Source: Setoptus koraiensis
Lineage: Eukaryota; Animalia; Arthropoda
Direction: 5' to 3'
DNA length: 64,000 bases
Assembly: GCA_048013815.1 (NCBI GenBank)
Contig: CM106585.1
Coordinates: 6,014,001-6,078,000, forward strand
The notes under the pieces: generated by a model
Databases searched by the model: none
Seen by the model: the letters and a program-made list of their open reading frames with translations, nothing else
What the model was told of the DNA's origin: nothing
Shown: in pieces, positions 1 to 13,102 of the stretch
Numbering within the stretch: the stretch's first letter is position 1
Layout of the letters: each line of letters begins with the position of its first letter
Translations under genes and position numbers: made by a program

Positions 1-1625
1 TGTCCATCTGTGTGTACCTGTCTCATTTACGGTGACGCTATTATCGGCCTTGTTGACCAGCCTTGTTCGTTATACCTGCTTGGTGGCGATGGCAAGAGAG
101 CATTTATTTATAGACCGCGCTACAAATCATTTCCTTTGGGATGACCTCGGGGCGCAATCGATACGACCAGACCAGACATATGCATATTAAGTCGTGTTCG
201 GCCAACGCCGGAGCACACGCCAATGGCAGCAATTTATACTTGTACATATATATGGCATTTGCTTTACATCATCATCATTCTCATGATGCAACGCAGCAGT
301 GGCACTGTACAACAGTCTGGGTGTCACCTTATAATGATCTATCCATCTCATTAGAGGCAACAACATTGAACATTTGGTGCAGCTTGGCGACACACAATCA
401 ATATCTGGCACAGCGCCCATAGGTGAGAGATTTGTCGCCGATGACACAATTGCCGGGATGTCGCCAAAAAGCTCACACAAGCCGGCCCGCTACGGGCTGC
501 GTGTGGCACGAGTAGGGGAGGGGGGGCCACGGGCGCTGTTGGTCGCCTAATGAATTGGCCGCTATCAGTTCAATTTGTTTATTTTGTCTGTTTGTATTTC
601 CATTTGTTGTTGTTGTTGTTGTTAGCTCGTGTCGCTCGTTCATGATAGGTCGCAAATGATATACCTTTCCTACGCGCCATGCTATATCATCTAGAGCTAT
701 ATCTAGAAAACAAAACAAACAGGCCCAAATTGGCCCTCCGCTGGCCCTTGGCGCGCCGGTTTGTGTGCGCCCCGGTCGGTGGCCCCATTCAGTCGGTCGG
801 TCGCTCGTTAGCCTAAAGCTAAACACTCGAGCGCCCGACTTGAGCGATACTTGAGCCGCATCCGCGCCAGATACTTATAAGAAGCGATACCGATACCGAT
901 AATATTGCCACATTGCTTGCGATGCAAGAATATATACAATATACAGTACATAGTGCAGTTGCCAGCGACGGTTTAGTGGCGCTCAATATAATATAATGGC
1001 GGCCGCAATCGATCCAATTTAATTTGATGCTGACTGTCGTTGAACCAGGCCAGCCAGCCAGCAAAGCCACACAAAGCTACATTACATAATATATATATTA
1101 CATAATGTGTATAATCCGGCCAATCAAGCGCGATACCGACGCGTTTGCAAATTAATTTTGTCATCATTACAATACATTGCGTGTGTGTGCCGGGCACACA
1201 TCATACGTATCATACATGTATCATCATCATGTATCTATGTATCATGTATTTGTATCATATATTTGTGTCCAAATGTATGTATATTGTACATACGTAGTAT
1301 ATCTCGTGTGTGTATCTCACAATGATGTATAATTGCGAGCACTCGGTGTATGCAAATGTGTATCACTTAATAATGGCGACTGAATGAACAATGAACGAAT
1401 ATGCCAGTGCCCCGAGACAGCGCTGGCACGCGACAAAAAACAAAGAAAACAGAGCAAGAAACAATCTTTTTTAATTGAATCCGTCCCAACAATCGGATCT
1501 CTGCACAATCGGATCTCTCTGTACTCTGTCTACTGGAGTATACAATCGGATATGTGCGGCGCGCAAATCTCGAGCACTCTGGCCGCATCCGTTGTTGTCG
1601 TTTGTTGTGCCGGCTGTTAACCAAC

Positions 1626-1669
1626 GCCGACGACGACGACGCCGACGACGACGACGACGACGACGACGA
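1626..1669. repeat. (GAC)n trinucleotide tract
   Basis: Direct reading; generates the poly-Arg spurious ORFs in the track. Confidence 0.9.
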
Positions 1670-4600
1670 TTAAATCTAATCCAACTTGCAAGCGAGCGTT
1701 GGAAAGATGTAATCAACTTTCTTCATTTCATTCATTACGACGATGATGCAATCAACATGAATGCTGGTAGCAATATTAGGCATATTATGTAATATGTTGG
1801 GCCGACACTGGGGCAACGGCAGCGGCACGAATATGGACAAAACAGATAAAAGATTGTTGTCTTTTGTTTGTGTGTCGCTGTTGTCGTTGTTGTTGTCGTT
1901 GTCGCTGTTGTCGTTGTCGTTGTTGCCGTGATTGCGCAACATACAACAACAACATGCAAACATGTTGTGCGAACATGACAGCGAGATATCACTGTATAAT
2001 GCGGTGGCGCCCCAATGGTGCACACTGTCACATTGTTGTGCTTGTACGCAAAAGTCGTCGCGAAATGTGGCCGCAACTCACAACTTGTAAGTTACAACTT
2101 GTAAGTTACAAGTTAGTGTGATTAGGCAACATATTGCACACACAGGCCAACAATTTATCTGTTACTTTATCCGGCTGCTGCTTCTTTTTAGCAGACCCGG
2201 CACTAGGATCGGTTAGCATTATTACTGTTATTAGACAGGATGCGATTGCGCGTCGGCAACCGCATATTTGTATCGCCACTTGCGGTCACCACCTCTCGCG
2301 ATTGTCGTTGTCGCTGTCGTCGCTGTTGTTGTCGCTGTTGTTGTCGCCGTTGTCGCTGTCGCCGTTGCTGCGGTTGTTGCGCTGTCATGTGTTGCCAGCA
2401 ACAGCAGTCGTCGGCTAATTAATTGAGCTTTGAAGCGCCGTAATTAGCTTGTTGTTGCGGTGAGTTGGCTCTGAATTCGGCTCGCTGCTGGCGCTGCCGA
2501 AATCACTGTCACTGTTGGCGCTGCGCGACTGTGGCCGTCGCGACGAGGCTCGTCGCGACGGCCATTCTCATGGCAAGCGTGGCAAGCGAACAAGTATTAT
2601 GTAACAAGTATTATGTAACAAGTAGCGAGACCAAACACTGCTGACAGAGCTGGCGAGTCGGCGAGCTGGCGAGTGGCGGCGACACCGCTGACGCTGGACG
2701 CGCGGCTCGCTCAACAAGAGTGGTGCAAGTGCACCAAGTGCAACGGGACTGGCTGCACCAGCAACACAATGATTCATTTCATCCGATCAAATTCATGGTG
2801 CATCGCGGCATGTTGTGTTATTTTTGGCAGCGCACAGCTTGGCAGACACTGACCGATTGATTTACAGACGTTGGTCGTCATGTTTGCGTCATATTTGCCT
2901 CATGTCCAGTTGCTGTAAAATATGGCGCCGATTGTTTGCAGCGGCTGGAGTGATTGTAATGGCGCAACAATGTACAATGCGGCAACAGCGGCAGCTTGTT
3001 AACAGCGCCGAGAAACTAATTGCGATATTGGCGCTGACGAGGGCGTTGATTGTTTTGATTGACAGCGGCAACTTCGTCGACTAATGGCCTGCATCAGACG
3101 CTTATTAGTATTCATGGCTCGCTCGCCCGTTTGCATGTCGGCCCTTGCGCGCACCGTTCATGTGGTGCGCACCGTTCCCGTAGTGCGGACCGGCTCTCCG
3201 GGGCCCGCTGAAGGCCGGCCGGCCGGCCCGTCGGATGCGTGGAAGAACAATGGCGAGCGTTGTGGCATAACAAGTGCCGCTGCAAGCGAGCCAAATGGCG
3301 CTTAATTGATGCGCCTAGATGCGCCTTGATGCGCCTTGATGCGCCAGAATTGCGCAAGATGATGCGAGCACAATGTATCGTGAGTTTGGCCGTTCGAGAT
3401 TGATTCGAGCGTCATCATCTTACAATATCTTACAATGTTGCTCTCGACAACAGCGACAACAACAACAGCAACCACGACGGCAGCAGAAACAACGACAGCA
3501 ACAGCAACGACTCTCGGCGTCTTGATAGACACTCGACGCGGCGAACGCGCCTGCCGGCCTGCCTGCCAATAAATCATGAGACGGCGAGAGGGGGGCGCTC
3601 TCGTAATTTATTATGCAGATTATGATTAACGCCCGGCCAACAACAATCGGCAATCGCAATTGCTGGCTTCATTAGCATGCACCGGGGCGCTCGCCGCCCG
3701 AGCGCCATTTGGGCACATTATTGTCCGGGGCACGCCGTTGTTTGGGGCGCGTTGCCGTTCGGGGTGCGCTGCTGTTCGGGTATGAGTCGTTTGGGCATGC
3801 GGTTGTTTGGGTATGCATTCGCTAGGGGTGTGCGGTTGTTTGGGCATCCAGCGCGGTTGTTCGGGCGCTTATTACTGGGGATGCCGGCGCTAATAACAAT
3901 AATCCATAACGGTCTATTATGATTATTATCTGGCTGCGCACGGCGTCCAATAACGGGCACGGCGAACGGCGTATGGTCGCGGTCGGCCGAGCACCCGATA
4001 GCGAGCCAATAGTAAGCCAATATTATGTAATGGTGCAGTGGCAATATGTTTATATTTATATATAAACATGCGAGCAGGACGAAAGTTGAAAACTGGCTGG
4101 CTGGCCGGCTAGTTGGCCAGCTAGCCAGCGGGCCTCAAGTAGAGCAACACGAGCGCGAGCGGGTCAACTAAACAATGAGCCGGCTGAGTGAGTGAGCGAG
4201 TTAAAACAACACCCAGTGGCGCCAGTTTGTTGTTGTTATTGGGTCGGTTGTTAGCGTTACGTAACGGCGGCCAGTAGCAGTTAGGCAAACAAGAATCGCA
4301 AGTGATGAAAGAAAAAGTGTGCTTGCCTATATTTGCTTGCGAACGCGCTCACAACACCGGAGAGCGTCGAGTGGCGACGGCCAGTCGACAGTAATAGACG
4401 GCCCACAGTCGAGACGCAACAAACAGGCATGCATCTATATCGGTGATTCATTTCCGGCCAACCTATCCAACAATCAATAGCACGTGGCACGTCTCGAGCT
4501 GGATCCATTAGTGGCGGATATATCCGCTCGCCAAGTAGCTGGCGGGCGCTAGAGGGCGGCAGGGGGCGATAGTGCACGATAGTGGGCCCCGTAGCGAGAT

Positions 4601-5190
4601 TAGCCTCGTTATGGGGCGCTTTTTTGTTTTACAATTGGGCGCTCGCCGGGCTCGGGCTAATGATTATAAAAACGCGTTTGATGCGCTTCTTTTCTTGGGG
4701 CGCGTCTGGCCGCACGCGCCGACCCCGCGACGATAGCACGCGCGGGCGCGCCGAATGCGCTCACTTTTGGCCGCCCTCACCGAGTGACTTTGCCGAGTGC
4801 CTGCACCGAGCGCCGCAACGGGCCGAAAGAACGGGCCGGCCCAGGGTGGCGAGTTTGCGCGCGGGCGGCGAGCTGGCGAGCGGGCGGCGATTTGGCGAGC
4901 GGCTGGCGGGCGGCTGGGGTAAACACTGCGTGCGATGGGCGGCCGGGCAATGGGAGAGGGGCGGATATAATTGATTGTTGCGCGCCTGTCGGACCGTTCC
5001 GGTTTGCGATGGCCCCGAAGTGGTTTGAGTTGTCTCAATTAGAGGACGATCTTTCAATCGGGGCCGACGAGGTTTGTCGACAGACGGCCGAGACGCGGGC
5101 AGCGAGACGCGGGCAACTCGCGCCCGTGTGTGTGTGTGCCCGTGAGCGTGCGGCCAGCGGGGGCCAGTAAGCAAATAAATGACGACTTGC

Positions 5191-5801
5191 GCCATCAATA
5201 AGCGCACTTACCGACACATCCGCTCAGGTATCGTTGGAGCGGCCGGCTTGATGCTCGCCCGCCGGAGCGGCTGGCGTTCTCGCTGCCAAAAAGTTGCCAA
5301 GAGGTTGCCAAGAAGCTGCCAAGACGCTGCCAAGAATTGCCAAGAGGCCGCTGGCGAGCACGCCGACAGCCGGGCGCCGCTGCGGACGGGCGGCGACCGT
5401 TCGTTGTCCGGAAGCGACGGGCGCGCGTTTGCGAGAATCAATTTAAACTCAAATGCTGCTGCCGTAATTCTGGCCGTACCTGTTCGCGAGCGCAACCTTG
5501 TATCGAGCGCAAGTCGGTGCAATCGTTGCGATACATAGTTGGCCACTCACGCGGGATATAAAGCTGCCATAAACTGGCAGCGCCAAATGCAGGCGCAAGT
5601 CACGCGCCCTGTCCGCCGGGCGTCCGTCGGGCCGCCGACTGGCGTGCGGTCGGCGGTGGCGCGCCAACGAGATTAACGGCCAGTCGCTGGCTCGTTACTC
5701 GTTACTGGTCGGCGCGGCCGTCTTGACGGGCCGATCGAGTTGTTCGCGTTTAAATGACGGCTCATTCGATTATGAGCCGCCGTTCGAGGGCGCCGTTCGA
5801 G
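5191..5801. repeat. Copy 1 of a dispersed ~600-bp direct repeat
   Basis: 19 substitutions plus one 11-nt unit indel relative to 10693-11292; a more diverged tail continues to about 5950. Confidence 0.95.
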
Positions 5802-8800
5802 AGCCCGTTCGAGAGCGTCGCTCGAGAGACAGGCAGAGAGAGGGGCGGCCGCTTCGCCCAGTCGGAGCGGCTCGAGTGGCGCAACAACTTTCGCCGGTCG
5901 GCCGGATCTGGCGCAACAACCGGCGGCGACTCGTTTGTCGCGGCTTGCGACACCCGACGGCGGCAAGTGTCACAAGTTTCGATTGTGAGTCGCCCGATTG
6001 ACACTCGCTGACACTCAGCCGACTGTTTGATTCTTTGCTCGCTGTTTCATTCTTCTTCGGCTTCTCATTCGACAACTCGACAATTCGACAATTCGCCGGC
6101 TTCTCATTCGACGATTCGACAGATCGCTGGCCTCGCTTGGCTCGGTGCGCAACACGCACACGCAAATCATCGCTCGCAGCAGCTCGCCAATGTCACTTGA
6201 CTTTAATTATCCGCGCCGCATTTAATCAACTTTACATCTGGCTTTATCTGGCTACGTCCAGTTATACGTAGTTGTGTCCAGTTATGGCCAGGTATGGCCA
6301 GTTATGTCTGGTGCACTTGTTAGTGTGCACCGTTCGTCAGTTAGCCTAGTTTGGCGCCACTTGGTTCGGTGTCAGTTAGCTCAGTGTCCGTTGGCTCAGT
6401 GTCGGCTAGCTCACCTGTCCAGGTGAGCGGTGCTCAGGTGAGGAGTGAGCGGGCTTAATATGGCCTGCGCATGCAATGTCATGTGACACACAGTAAGTGT
6501 GTGATTATGTAATTGTTTGGCGCGCGGCCATAACTTGCGCAATATCGATGTTGTGTTTATCACAAATTGTATTATCGAGCGCAAAACATACTGTCAGTGA
6601 GTTAGATAACGGCGACATAACGGGCCGGAGGTGTCATTAGCAGGCTCAATGTTGTTGTGCGCCATTGATTGCATAATAAATTGAATGCGTGCCATAAAGA
6701 CATAACTGGCTTATGTCCGGCCGTGAGCGTCATAAGCCGGCTCCATTGCTGGTCAGCCCCATCGCTCCATCGCTGGTCAGCTCCGTCGGTCAGCTCCGTC
6801 GGTCAGCTCCGTCGGTCAGCTCCGTCGGTCAGCTCCATCCAACGAGATAAACGAGCCAAGCGAGCCAAACGAGCCAAAGCGGTGAGAGTGTAAAAACATT
6901 GTCGATGATGAGTTATCGCGCGCTAAGCAGTGATAATCGGCCAGAGTGCAGCATCGTGCACTTGTCAATTTGCCGAGTCTTCGCCCGTCGGCGGGGCCTC
7001 AACAAATCGTTTGCGCGCCCTCGTGTCTCGTTGGCCGTTGGCTAACTGGCGGCTAACTGCCGGCTAACTGCGCCGCTCAGCCAACAGCCAACAACTGGTC
7101 AGGCTAGGCGTGCTCAAAAACAACAACAACGGCAACTGGATCATCATTGCCGTTATTGTTTATTGACTAACACGGCATATAAACAATGATTAAACGTTTG
7201 CTGTTCGCTGTCAACGCTGTCCAGTGTTGCCGCTGTTGGCCCCATTGTCGGGATCGTCGTTCGTTGTCGGGCTCGCCGCTGGCGTGTGTGTTCGGCCGGG
7301 CCGCGCCGGGCTCAAGCTGCGCCGCGCGAGCGCAGATAAGCGGGCCCCGAGACCAGGGACAGAGACAATTAATAATTGCAATCACGACCTCCCATCGGCA
7401 ACCATTGCCGATATGGGCCCGTCGCAAGCGCTCTCGACAAGCGATAACTGGACACAGCATTACTCACCACATTAGTCGAGCTCGAGTGGCCACACTGCGC
7501 GGGTATAGTGCGGGCAGCGCGGGCACAGCGTGCATAGCGGCATAGCGCGGGTATAATGGGGCTCCGGCCATGTATACGCAACTAGCTGCATGGACGACTG
7601 GCTGCGTAGACAACTGGCCATTCACACGGCCAGTGTGGTCAGTACATGCAAGTTGTATATAAAAGTTGTGTATACAAGTGGCGCCCATAAGTGGCGTACA
7701 TAAGTCGCGCATACAAGCGCAAAAGTTGCGTAAGAAAGTTGCATAAGTCGTATGTATGAGCTGCGTGCACGGGCCGGGACGGGCTATAAAATATGTGTGT
7801 CATGTGACACATATCGGCTCGGGCCGGCCGAATGGCACAAATGGTGTGGGGGCAAACAAATGGCAAACAACGGTCGAGCATGACGCCAAGACATTTGGCG
7901 CGCCCGTGGCTGGCCCGCAGCGAGCCAAATGGCGCCGACAAACAGGGCCCAAGTTGGCAAATTCGCGAACTCGCGAATTCGCGAACTCGTGAATTCGCGA
8001 ATCCGTGAATTCGTGAATTCGCAGCCGAGCGGGCCTCTCGACGGCCCGATCGCGGGCTCCCATCGCGGCCTAGCAGCGGCCTAGCGGAGGCCTCGCAGCG
8101 GCCGGACGAGAGCGGACGGGAATGGCACAAAGGGCGACGAGTGAGACAAAGGCCACGGTGCGTCATCTCGGCGCTGGTAGGTGCGGGTTGTTCAATATTC
8201 ATAGAGCCATTAGGCCGCCTAACGGTGTCAATATTTATGATGATGCTCCGAGCGGCTCCCCGACGCACATATATCATTTGCCGGGGTACGTGGCGGGCTG
8301 GCCGGCTGGCTGGCTGGCGTCTTGGGCGGCCCGCTGTCCGGTTGTGCGTGCGGATGGCGCGCGGACGCTGCGCGCATCCGGCACAGCGGAGAGTAAATTA
8401 GCAAAAGTCGGCGTGGCGCGGGCCCGGCGAGCGGCAGCCAGCGAGCGACGGACGGAGGGGGCAATGGTGGCCAGAAGTCAATAAGTCGAAAGGGGCGCTC
8501 GAAAGCGCGCAAAACAGCGCAAAACTGCGCAAAAGCGGGCAAAATTGCGGCAAACGGCACAGCGGTGATTGTTATTATTGTTCATAATCATGTTTGCGGG
8601 AGCCACAGTGAGAGCGGCAGCGAAATGTTCACATTGGAAGCTGCAAAGTATAACTCGATTATTGCATGTGTCCGCCAACGGCAGCCACAATGAGCCAGCC
8701 GTTACGATCAATTTGCATATTAAACAAGCTCACGGCTCTTGCAAGCCCGGCGACGGCCACAAGTCAGTTACGCAATGTGATGCGCCGTGTCGTGTTAGCC

Positions 8801-10434
8801 GTGTCAGTTGGCCCGTCCATCGGTGGCGCTGTCTAACCAAACAACGACAGCATGATGTGATCGTCATGATAAGTGTTCCGGTTGACGGGCGCGCAATCAA
8901 CTGCGTGCGCTGTGGCCCGTCTAATCGACTCTCTCGCTCGTCTCGTCGGGCGCTCGACCCTCGCTCGACGCTCGCTCGATGCTCGCTCGGCTCTTCGGGC
9001 GCTCGATTCTCGCGGAGCTCGATTTTCCGGGAGCTCGATCGGGCCGGCCAGCGGCGGCCAGCCAGCGAGCGGCGGCCAGCGGGCGACGGGCAGCGGGCGA
9101 CGGGCGCAGCGCCAACGGAGCCGAAAGTGAGCGCCGTCACTAAATTATTTTCAACTTGCCAACTGGTGCGAGCCTCGATGGCTGCCGGCTGTTGCGTGGC
9201 CGAGCTTGGGCCGTTAGTTTTGCGCGACACGTGAGCTCACCTGCGACATGAGCGCCGATATTGGGCGGCTTGTCGGGCCCGCGACAAAGTATCGGCGAGT
9301 CGGTGGGCCGGCCGCTCATGGCGGTGACGCTCGAGAGACGCCCGAGAGACGCCCGAGAGACGCCCGAGAGACGCCCGAGAGACGCCAGAGAGACGCTCAC
9401 AAGGCGACCGAGAGACGCTCACAGGGCGACCGAGAGACGCTCGGGAGGCGCTCGGGCGACGCTCGGGACTCCCGAGTCGGGAGACGAGTTTGCGAGCACA
9501 ATTGCGGACGCAACCGCGGCCATGAGCGCCATTTGCAACTGTGGCACGACTTTGGCTTGGCCACTCCGTTCGTACATGTATTATGTCTAGTAGTGTGTAT
9601 ACTTATGTAACAACTTGATCGTCGCCCTTATCGCCGCTGCCATCAATAACACACACACACACATATACACAGAAATATACGCAGAAATATACATATAAAT
9701 GTACATTAATATGCAGTGTGTGCAGCGTTCGCTATTTAGCGTCTACATGTTAATGTTTGTTATCCCATGATGCCATTTACAACATGCGTATTGCGTAATG
9801 AAGCACTCAGCGCTGACCACTCGTAAAGTCATGCTCATTCCGACGCACAAAGTGACAGCTGCCCTCAGCTGATCATCAGCGAGCTAGCCAACAATGAATT
9901 GACCACCGACCAATGAATTGAATTGGCCATAATACGGCGTGTCCACAGCCGGCGAGCCGACACAGCGAGTCAACGGTCAACGCTCGTCGCTCGTCGGCAA
10001 GTGACCAGCGGCCAGATTGCAGCTCGTGCACTGACGAGCTTGTTGCCGACTCATGATAGTTCATGATACCGTCAGCACCGTCATGGTCTGCACCGCGACG
10101 GCCCGCACTGCGATGGCCTGCACCGTCATGGCCTGCACCGTGATGGCCGGCACCGTGTCCCCTCCATGTCAGGACAAGACAAGACAAATTAACGTTTGTT
10201 AGCGTCGGTTGTGGTCAGCTAGCCACGACGGTGCAAACATTCTGCACACTATATAAACATGTACAAACTGACCAAAAGCAACTCGCACAGGTGAATCGGC
10301 GCACCATGAATCATTTTTTGCATACGAAAGCAGTGCAAACACTGCTGCACGCTGACAGTAGACAAGTGGATAATTTAATTTCATCGCATAAATCATTTTC
10401 ACAAACGCTGCTCACCACCCTCGCCAGCTTCCAA

Positions 10435-10605
10435 CTGCCGTCCGCGTCTCCGGCTGCCATCCGCGTCTCTGGCTACTATTCACGTCTCTGGCTACTATCC
10501 ACCTTTCCAGCCGCTATCCACCTTTCCAGCCGCTATCTACCTTTCCAGCCGCTATTCATCTTTCCGGCCGCTATTCACCTCACCAGCCACTATTCACGTC
10601 TCGAA
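10435..10605. repeat. Degenerate 19-nt tandem array, 9 units
   Basis: Units such as CCGCTATCCACCTTTCCAG and CTACTATTCACGTCTCTGG in exact 19-nt register. Confidence 0.9.
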
Positions 10606-10692
10606 GCGCCATTCGGGTAACTGTTCCGCGCAACTATTCACCAAGTCGCCCGATGAGTCGTCGGCAACGCGACGATTTGTGCCGGCTCGCGG

Positions 10693-11292
10693 GCCATCAA
10701 TAACCGCACTTACCGACACATCCGCACAGGTACCGTTGGGGCGGCCGGCTTGATGCTCGCCCGCCGGGGCGGCTGGCGTTCTCGCTGCCAAGAAGTTGTC
10801 GAGAAGCTGCCAAGAAGCTGCCAAGAATTGCCAAGAGGCTGCTGGCGAGCACGCCGACAGCCGGGCGCCGCTGCGGACGGGCGGCGACCGTTCGTTGTCC
10901 GGAAGCGACGGGCGCGCGTTTGCGAGAATCAATTTAAACTCAAATGCTGCTGCCGTAATTCTGACCGTACCTGTTCGCGAGCGCAACCTTGTATCGAGCG
11001 CAAGTCGGTGCAATCGTTGGGATACATAGTTGGCCACTCACTCGGGATATAAAGCTGCCATAAACTGGCAGCGCCGACTGCAGGCGCAAGTCACGCGCCC
11101 TGTCCGCCGGGCGTCCGTCCGGCCGCCGATAGGCGTGCGGTCGGCGGTGGCGCGCCAACGAGATTAACGGCCAGTCGCTGGCTCGTTACTCGTTACTGGT
11201 CGGCGCGGCCGTCTTGACGGGCCGATCGAGTTGTTCGCGTTTAAATGACGGCTCATTCGATTATGAGCCGTCGTTCGAGGGCGCCGTTCGAG
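10693..11292. repeat. Copy 2 of a dispersed ~600-bp direct repeat
   Basis: About 97% identical to 5191-5801; diverged tail to about 11415. Confidence 0.95.
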
Positions 11293-11479
11293 GCGGAGGG
11301 AGCCGCTCCGCCCAGTCGGAGCACCGCAAGTGGCGCAACAACTTTCGCCGGTCAACCAAGGCGCAACAACCGAAGGCGAGAGCGAGGCCCCTCGTTTGTC
11401 GCAACTTGTGACACCAGGTCGCCCAAAGTCGCACAACAATCTAGTCACAAGTTGCTCGCATCACAGGTTGTTTACTTAC

Positions 11480-11604
11480 CCAAATACGAACACAGGCCAA
11501 TGAATTTGTTGAACAGGTTTCTTCTTTCTATGCTTCTGAGCTCGTTGTCGCCTCTTGTTGGGGGCCGCTTGTCGTCGCGGGCTCGCGCTGTAACTGACCA
11601 GCAT
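11480..11604 (-). CDS. Candidate coding exon of an unidentified minus-strand gene (MLVSYSASPRRQAAPNKRRQRAQKHRKKKPVQQIHWPVFVF)
   Basis: CTAAT..TAGCAG|ATG at the 5' side, TGG|GTAAGT donor at 11479, open frame of 41 codons. No homologue recognised. Confidence 0.3.
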
Positions 11605-12426
11605 CTGCTAATTAGCACACTCATTATGTTTGTCTTGTTTGGGTTGGCGTGCGACACGTTGCGCGGCCACACGTAACAATGTTGGCCCATGTTCAACTGT
11701 TTCATTTGAGCTAGCTAATTTGACCAGTTTCTCTACAGTTTTTCTAATTAGGTTTTTTGCAGATGAGCCGCTTGCTGCTGTGCGCAATTGTACGCAGTGG
11801 CAAGATTGTAGCTAGATGATGAAGGATGACGTAAGATGATGTAAGATGATGTTTCACAATGCAATATGATGCAATCGACCACTGACTTGGTCACTCGGTT
11901 AGACGATCACTGTTCTTATCACTGCAGAATGTGTGAGTGAGTGTGTAAACTCTTGCGACTCTTCGAATGCGACTCTCGAACGCGACTCTCGAACGACCAA
12001 ACTGGAACTGACCCCACCGACGGCAGCAACAGCGACTCGAAACGGCGCCGAGCTCGCAATTGCGCCGGCCAGTTGGCCCAGTCTCCGCCCTCGCAATTGG
12101 GCGAGCTTGCGACGCGAGCGCCACCTTCCGCCGGGTGGGCCACTTACAAAAGTGAGGTCGAGCGTGCCATTTGGCGCCAATTGGATGCGACTCTGCACAA
12201 GATGTGAGTCGCAACCAATGCTGTGAGCAGTGTTGCAGTTAAATCGGTACCCACAACCAGCTTTGGTTTCTGCTGGTCACTTTCACTGTGAACTTTCACT
12301 GGTCAGTGTTTCAGGGTGTCAACTTGGCACTGTCCACTGTGGTACAGTGCGCTGCAGTGTGAGGCTGTGCACCTCGTTTGGCCGATGCGCGTGTGCGTGC
12401 GCCGGACGCACAACAGTTAGTGTGCG

Positions 12427-12505
12427 TGCACGAAATGGGGCTAGCAACTTCCTTGCGGCGCTCATTCGTGCCCGCTTGCGCCAGTGCGTAGCCCCATTTC
12501 GTGCA
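12427..12505. other. Inverted repeat / hairpin with perfect 17-bp stem
   Basis: TGCACGAAATGGGGCTA (12427-12443) is the exact reverse complement of TAGCCCCATTTCGTGCA (12489-12505). Confidence 0.85.
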
Positions 12506-12960
12506 AATTCCCTCCTATGCTGCTGCCTGTTTGTTTGCCTGTTGCGCCCTGTACAGTTTGCCTGCGCGTCCATTATGAGCAACAACAAAGCGCGCGTATT
12601 CGTGCTTGTTTTTTTCACTCGCGCACACTGTACTATTCGCTGCACTATTCGCTGCACTATTCGCTGTACTAAGCAGCACACACCCACTGGCCGCTATCTT
12701 CTGCTCGCCAGACCGACCTCCAAAACCCGAAACCGGCAACCGAGTGACGATCATGACGAGCCTCGTGACGATGGTAAACAAAAACAATTCAGCAACACGT
12801 ACATTTATCATTGAGATACGTTGCCGTGACAGTGTCAAAATCCCACAAATTACGACATAATTATTATTATTATTGTACTAATTGCTTTTAACTAATTAGT
12901 CGGCCCGATATCCATTCCAATAAATCACACACCGTCCAGCTATTATTACCATATTTATCG

Positions 12961-13023
12961 CCATTATTATCGTATTTATCGCCATTATTATCGTATTCAT
13001 CACCATTATTATCGTATTTATCA
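12961..13023. repeat. 21-nt tandem repeat x3 just upstream of PLK4
   Basis: CCATTATTATCGTATTTATC(G/A) units with GATA-like cores. Confidence 0.85.
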
Positions 13024-13102
13024 CAGCAGCGCCATCATTTTAGCCAAATATAGGATAAAAGCCATGAACAACCCGAGCCGTAGGACCCACTGAACCGCAA
13101 GC

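Noticed and set aside
5400-5421. miR-981/miR-76-like sequence TTCGTTGTC in the duplicated module
   Set aside because: Only the first 9 nt match and there is no pre-miRNA-length hairpin.
10435-10605. CRISPR array
   Set aside because: Eukaryotic context, contiguous units without unique spacers, no cas genes; the same holds for all other micro-arrays.
5191-11292. LTR retrotransposon bounded by the two 600-bp repeats
   Set aside because: No TG...CA termini, PBS or PPT recognised, and no gag/pol coding remnants in the 4.9 kb between the copies.
12474-12492. Iron-responsive element (CAGTG loop)
   Set aside because: Lacks the 5-bp upper stem and C bulge; these bases fit better in the larger hairpin.
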